This document shows, piece after piece, positions 60,755-64,000 of a DNA stretch of 64,000 nucleotides. The notes below the pieces were generated by a model, which worked only from the letters and a program-made list of their open reading frames with translations, was not told the origin of the DNA and did no database searches. Where the stretch lies: contig DASRJR010000174.1 of NCBI GenBank assembly GCA_035649395.1, forward strand, positions 94,878 through 158,877, read 5' to 3'. The number at the start of each line of letters is the position of its first letter. The stretch's first letter is position 1. The translations under genes and the position numbers were made by a program. Source of the stretch: Vicinamibacterales bacterium. GTDB taxonomy: Bacteria; Acidobacteriota; Vicinamibacteria; Vicinamibacterales; UBA2999.

Positions 60755-63700
60755 ATGACCGTACCCCACGACCTCCAGACGCTTCGGGCGAAGCTCGATC
60801 ACAGCCGCGGTCGCGACTACTGGCGCAGCCTCGAGGCAGTTTCCGAGACCCCGGAGTTCAAAGAGTTCGTGCATCGCGAGTTTCCGCAGAACGCGGCGGA
60901 ATGGCTCGACCCGGTCGGCCGCCGCGGTTTCTTGAAGCTGATGAGCGCATCGCTGGCGCTGGCCGGCGTCAGCGCGTGCACGCGGCAGCCGGACGAGGCC
61001 ATCGTTCCCTATGTCAGGCAGCCCGAAGAGCTCGTACCCGGCAAGCCGCTGTTCTTCGCGACGGCGATGCCATTTGCCGGGGCGGGTGTCGGACTGCTCG
61101 TCGAGAGCCATGAGGGCCGTCCGACCAAAATCGAAGGCAACCCCGATCACCCGGCCAGCCTGGGGTCCACCGATCTCTACGCGCAGGCGGCCATCCTCGG
61201 GCTTTACGATCCCGATCGCTCGCAGACGCTCACGCACCTCGGAGAGATTCGATCGTTCGACGCGTTTGCCGCGGCGATGCGCGACGTCCTCAAGGCGCAG
61301 GAGGCCTCCCAGGGTGCGGGCGTTCGAATTCTCACGGAAACGGTCGCGTCACCAACCCTGGCCTCTCAGCTGAACGATCTCCTGACGCGGTTCCCGCGCG
61401 CCAAGTGGGTGCAGTGGGAGCCCTTCGGTCGACACAATGCTCGCGAAGGCAGCCGGCTCGCGTTCGGCGAGTACCTGGATTCGCACTATGCCGTCGATAA
61501 AGCCGACGTCATTCTCTCGCTCGATGCCGACTTCCTCTGCGCAGGCAACGGGGGATTGAAGCACGCGCGCGCCTTCGCGTCGCGCCGCCGCGTCGAAGGA
61601 ACCGGGTCGCGACGCAACCGGCTGTACGCCGTCGAGAGCACACCGACGAACACCGGCACGAAGGCCGATCATCGGCTGCCGCTGCGTGCGTCGGAAGTCG
61701 AGGCCTTCGCCCGGGCCATCGCCGCACAGCTCGGCGTCGCGGGCGCCGGTGCAGCCGCGATGCCTGAGGCCGCGCAGAAGTGGTTGGCTCCGCTCGCGAA
61801 GGACCTGCAGGCAGCAAAGGGGCGAAGCCTCGTCGTTGTCGGTGAGAGCCAGACCCCCGCGGTTCATGCCCTGGCCCACGCGATGAATGCCGCGCTGGGC
61901 AATGTCGGCATGACGGTGTGGTACAGCGAGACCGCCGAGGCGCGGCCGATCGATCAGCGCGCGGCTCTCACCGAGCTCGTTGGCGAGATGAATGCCGGCA
62001 CGGTCAGCCTCCTCGTGATTCTGGGCGGCAATCCGGTCTACACCGCGCCGTCGGACCTGAAGTTCGCCAGTGCCCTCAACAAAGTCGCGCTGCGCGCGCA
62101 CCTCGCGCTGTATCACGACGAGACCGGCGCGCTGTGTCACTGGCACGTTCCCGAGGCGCACTTCCTTGAATCGTGGAGCGACGTGCGCAGCGACGACGGG
62201 ACGGCGACGATCGTGCAGCCGTTGATCGCGCCGCTGTACAACGGCCGCACGGCGCATGAGGTCATGTCGGCGCTGAACGACGCCGGGCCGCGTTCGAGCT
62301 ACGACATCGTGCGATCGTTTTGGAGCGAGCGGGCGAATGTCGCGCCGGCCCCGAACCCCGTTGCCTCGCTGCGATCGAATACCGAACTGCCGCCGCTCCG
62401 CCCGGTTGAGGAAGGAACGGCGTCGACGAGGATCACACAGGCTCCTCCGTCTGCCTCGTCCGGGACCGTTCGCGGCGCCGCGGCGCTCTCGCCGTTCGAC
62501 TACGAATGGAGACGGTGGCTCCACGCGGGTGTGATCCCGAACACGGCGTTTGCGCCCAAGGCCGTCGCGCTCACGGGGACGATTCCGGCGCCGACCGCGG
62601 TTTCTCCTCTGGCCGCTGGAACCGTTGATGTCGTGTTCCGGCCGGATCCCACCGTGTACGACGGACGCTTCGCCAACAACGCGTGGCTGCAGGAGCTGCC
62701 GAAGTCGCTGACGAAGCTCACCTGGGATAACGCGGCGCTCATGTCGCCCGTCACGGCTGATCGCTTCAATTTGGTGAGCGGTGACGTCGTGGAGCTGAAG
62801 CAAGGCAACACGACGCTGCGGATTCCGGTGTGGCTCGCGCCCGGACACACGCTCGATACCGTCACGCTGCACGCGGGCTACGGGCGCGCTCGCGCCGGCC
62901 GCACCGGCAACGCGATCGGCTTCGACGTCAACGCCCTTCGTGTCTCTGCGTCGCCCGACGCGCTGCCGGGTGTTCCGCTGTCGAAAACCGGTGACAGCTA
63001 TCAGCTCGCGTGCACGCAGGACCACTGGTCGTACGAAGGACGCAACATCATCCGGTCGGCGACTCAGGAGCAGTTCGAACGGGATCCGGCCTTTGCGGGC
63101 AAGCTCGAACATCAGCCTCTGACCGGCCTGACGATGTACACGAACGTCAAGTGGGAGGGCTACCAATGGGGCATGACGATCGACCAGAACGTCTGCACTG
63201 GTTGCAACTCCTGCGTGGTGGCATGCCAGGCGGAGAACAACGTTCCGGTCGTCGGGAAGTCTCAGGTCCTCAACGGTCGTGAGATGCATTGGCTTCGTCT
63301 GGACCGCTACTACTCCGGCCCGCTCGACAACCCTGACACCTACCACCAGCCCATGCTGTGTCAGCAGTGCGAGACGGCGCCGTGCGAAGTCGTGTGTCCG
63401 GTGGCGGCGACCGTACACAGCGACGAAGGCCTGAACGATATGGTCTACAACCGCTGCGTCGGCACACGCTACTGCTCGAACAACTGCCCGTACAAAGTGC
63501 GCCGATTCAACTTCCTCCTCTACGGTGATTTCGACACGCCGAGTCTGAAGCTGATGCGCAACCCGGACGTCACGGTGCGAAGCCGCGGCATCATGGAGAA
63601 GTGCACGTACTGCGTGCAACGCATCAATCAGGCACGTGTGGCGTCCAAGCTCGAGGATCGCCAGATTCGCGACGGCGACATCGTGACCGCGTGTCAGGCG

Positions 63701-63901
63701 GCGTGTCCGACCGAGGCGATTGTCTTCGGCAACATCAACGATCCCAACAGCCGCGTGTCGAAGCAGAAGGCGAACTCATTGAACTATCCCTTGCTGGCCG
63801 AGCTGAACACCCGGCCGCGCACGACCTACATGGCGGTCGTGTGGAATCCCAACACTGAGCTCGATCCACGCGCGGAAACCGCCTCCGGGGAGAAACAGTA
63901 G
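60755..63901 (+). CDS. actB: Alternative Complex III subunit ActB (molybdopterin-like plus FeS fusion, Tat signal)
   Basis: The Tat motif is [10 protein letters not shown] MopB-like N-terminal part is followed by ferredoxin-type clusters ([48 protein letters not shown]). Confidence 0.9.
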   Translation: MTVPHDLQTLRAKLDHSRGRDYWRSLEAVSETPEFKEFVHREFPQNAAEWLDPVGRRGFLKLMSASLALAGVSACTRQPDEAIVPYVRQPEELVPGKPLFFATAMPFAGAGVGLLVESHEGRPTKIEGNPDHPASLGSTDLYAQAAILGLYDPDRSQTLTHLGEIRSFDAFAAAMRDVLKAQEASQGAGVRILTETVASPTLASQLNDLLTRFPRAKWVQWEPFGRHNAREGSRLAFGEYLDSHYAVDKADVILSLDADFLCAGNGGLKHARAFASRRRVEGTGSRRNRLYAVESTPTNTGTKADHRLPLRASEVEAFARAIAAQLGVAGAGAAAMPEAAQKWLAPLAKDLQAAKGRSLVVVGESQTPAVHALAHAMNAALGNVGMTVWYSETAEARPIDQRAALTELVGEMNAGTVSLLVILGGNPVYTAPSDLKFASALNKVALRAHLALYHDETGALCHWHVPEAHFLESWSDVRSDDGTATIVQPLIAPLYNGRTAHEVMSALNDAGPRSSYDIVRSFWSERANVAPAPNPVASLRSNTELPPLRPVEEGTASTRITQAPPSASSGTVRGAAALSPFDYEWRRWLHAGVIPNTAFAPKAVALTGTIPAPTAVSPLAAGTVDVVFRPDPTVYDGRFANNAWLQELPKSLTKLTWDNAALMSPVTADRFNLVSGDVVELKQGNTTLRIPVWLAPGHTLDTVTLHAGYGRARAGRTGNAIGFDVNALRVSASPDALPGVPLSKTGDSYQLACTQDHWSYEGRNIIRSATQEQFERDPAFAGKLEHQPLTGLTMYTNVKWEGYQWGMTIDQNVCTGCNSCVVACQAENNVPVVGKSQVLNGREMHWLRLDRYYSGPLDNPDTYHQPMLCQQCETAPCEVVCPVAATVHSDEGLNDMVYNRCVGTRYCSNNCPYKVRRFNFLLYGDFDTPSLKLMRNPDVTVRSRGIMEKCTYCVQRINQARVASKLEDRQIRDGDIVTACQAACPTEAIVFGNINDPNSRVSKQKANSLNYPLLAELNTRPRTTYMAVVWNPNTELDPRAETASGEKQ

Positions 63902-64000
63902 TGGCGCCGGACCAACCGGATCGGAGCAGCGCGTCCGCGGAGGCTGCACTCCTCGCGCGAACGCCTGCCGTCATCGCGCCGGGGCATACCTTCACCTCGG
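63901..64000 (+). CDS. actC: partial CDS, probable ActC (NrfD-like membrane subunit) 5' end
   Basis: GTG 63901 overlaps the actB TAG by 1 nt. The translation is [33 protein letters not shown]. The call rests on position in the ACIII operon. Confidence 0.5.
   Translation, partial: MAPDQPDRSSASAEAALLARTPAVIAPGHTFTS

Overview
High-GC bacterial chromosomal window centred on the replication origin. All coordinates, start-codon refinements and motif matches were derived by hand from the sequence and ORF track; no searches were run. The origin-proximal core is rpmH-rnpA-yidD-yidC-jag-mnmE-mnmG-rsmG-parA-parB on the minus strand and dnaA-dnaN-gyrB-gyrA on the plus strand, with two parS sites, a DnaA-box cluster and a 40% GC dnaA-dnaN spacer. 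Housekeeping flanks include an F1-only atpHAGDC cluster, wzm/wzt/rfaE2, mfd, surA, a NusG paralog, dusB, uvrD, glmS, glmU, rsmI, galU, serS plus tRNA-Ser(UGA), and the start of an Alternative Complex III operon (actA, actB, actC 5' end). Gene content suggests an Acidobacteriota- or Gemmatimonadota-like organism, but that is inference only. The unusual part is the left ~15 kb. It holds three paralogous PspF-like sigma-54 activators that lack any sensory domain. Around them sit four PilZ-domain proteins, one of them translationally coupled to an activator. The same region carries an active GAF-GGDEF cyclase, a degenerate GGDEF protein that keeps its RxxD I-site, and a PilZ gene coupled to a PilT-fold protein that has lost its Walker A, Walker B and His-box motifs. 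Six correctly spaced GG-N10-GC (TTGC) sigma-54 promoter-like motifs sit upstream of nearly every transcription unit there. I read this as a candidate, apparently undescribed, c-di-GMP / sigma-54 regulatory module. No CRISPR array, transposase, integrase or recognisable defence system was seen. Most other ORF-track entries are antisense shadows typical of high-GC DNA.
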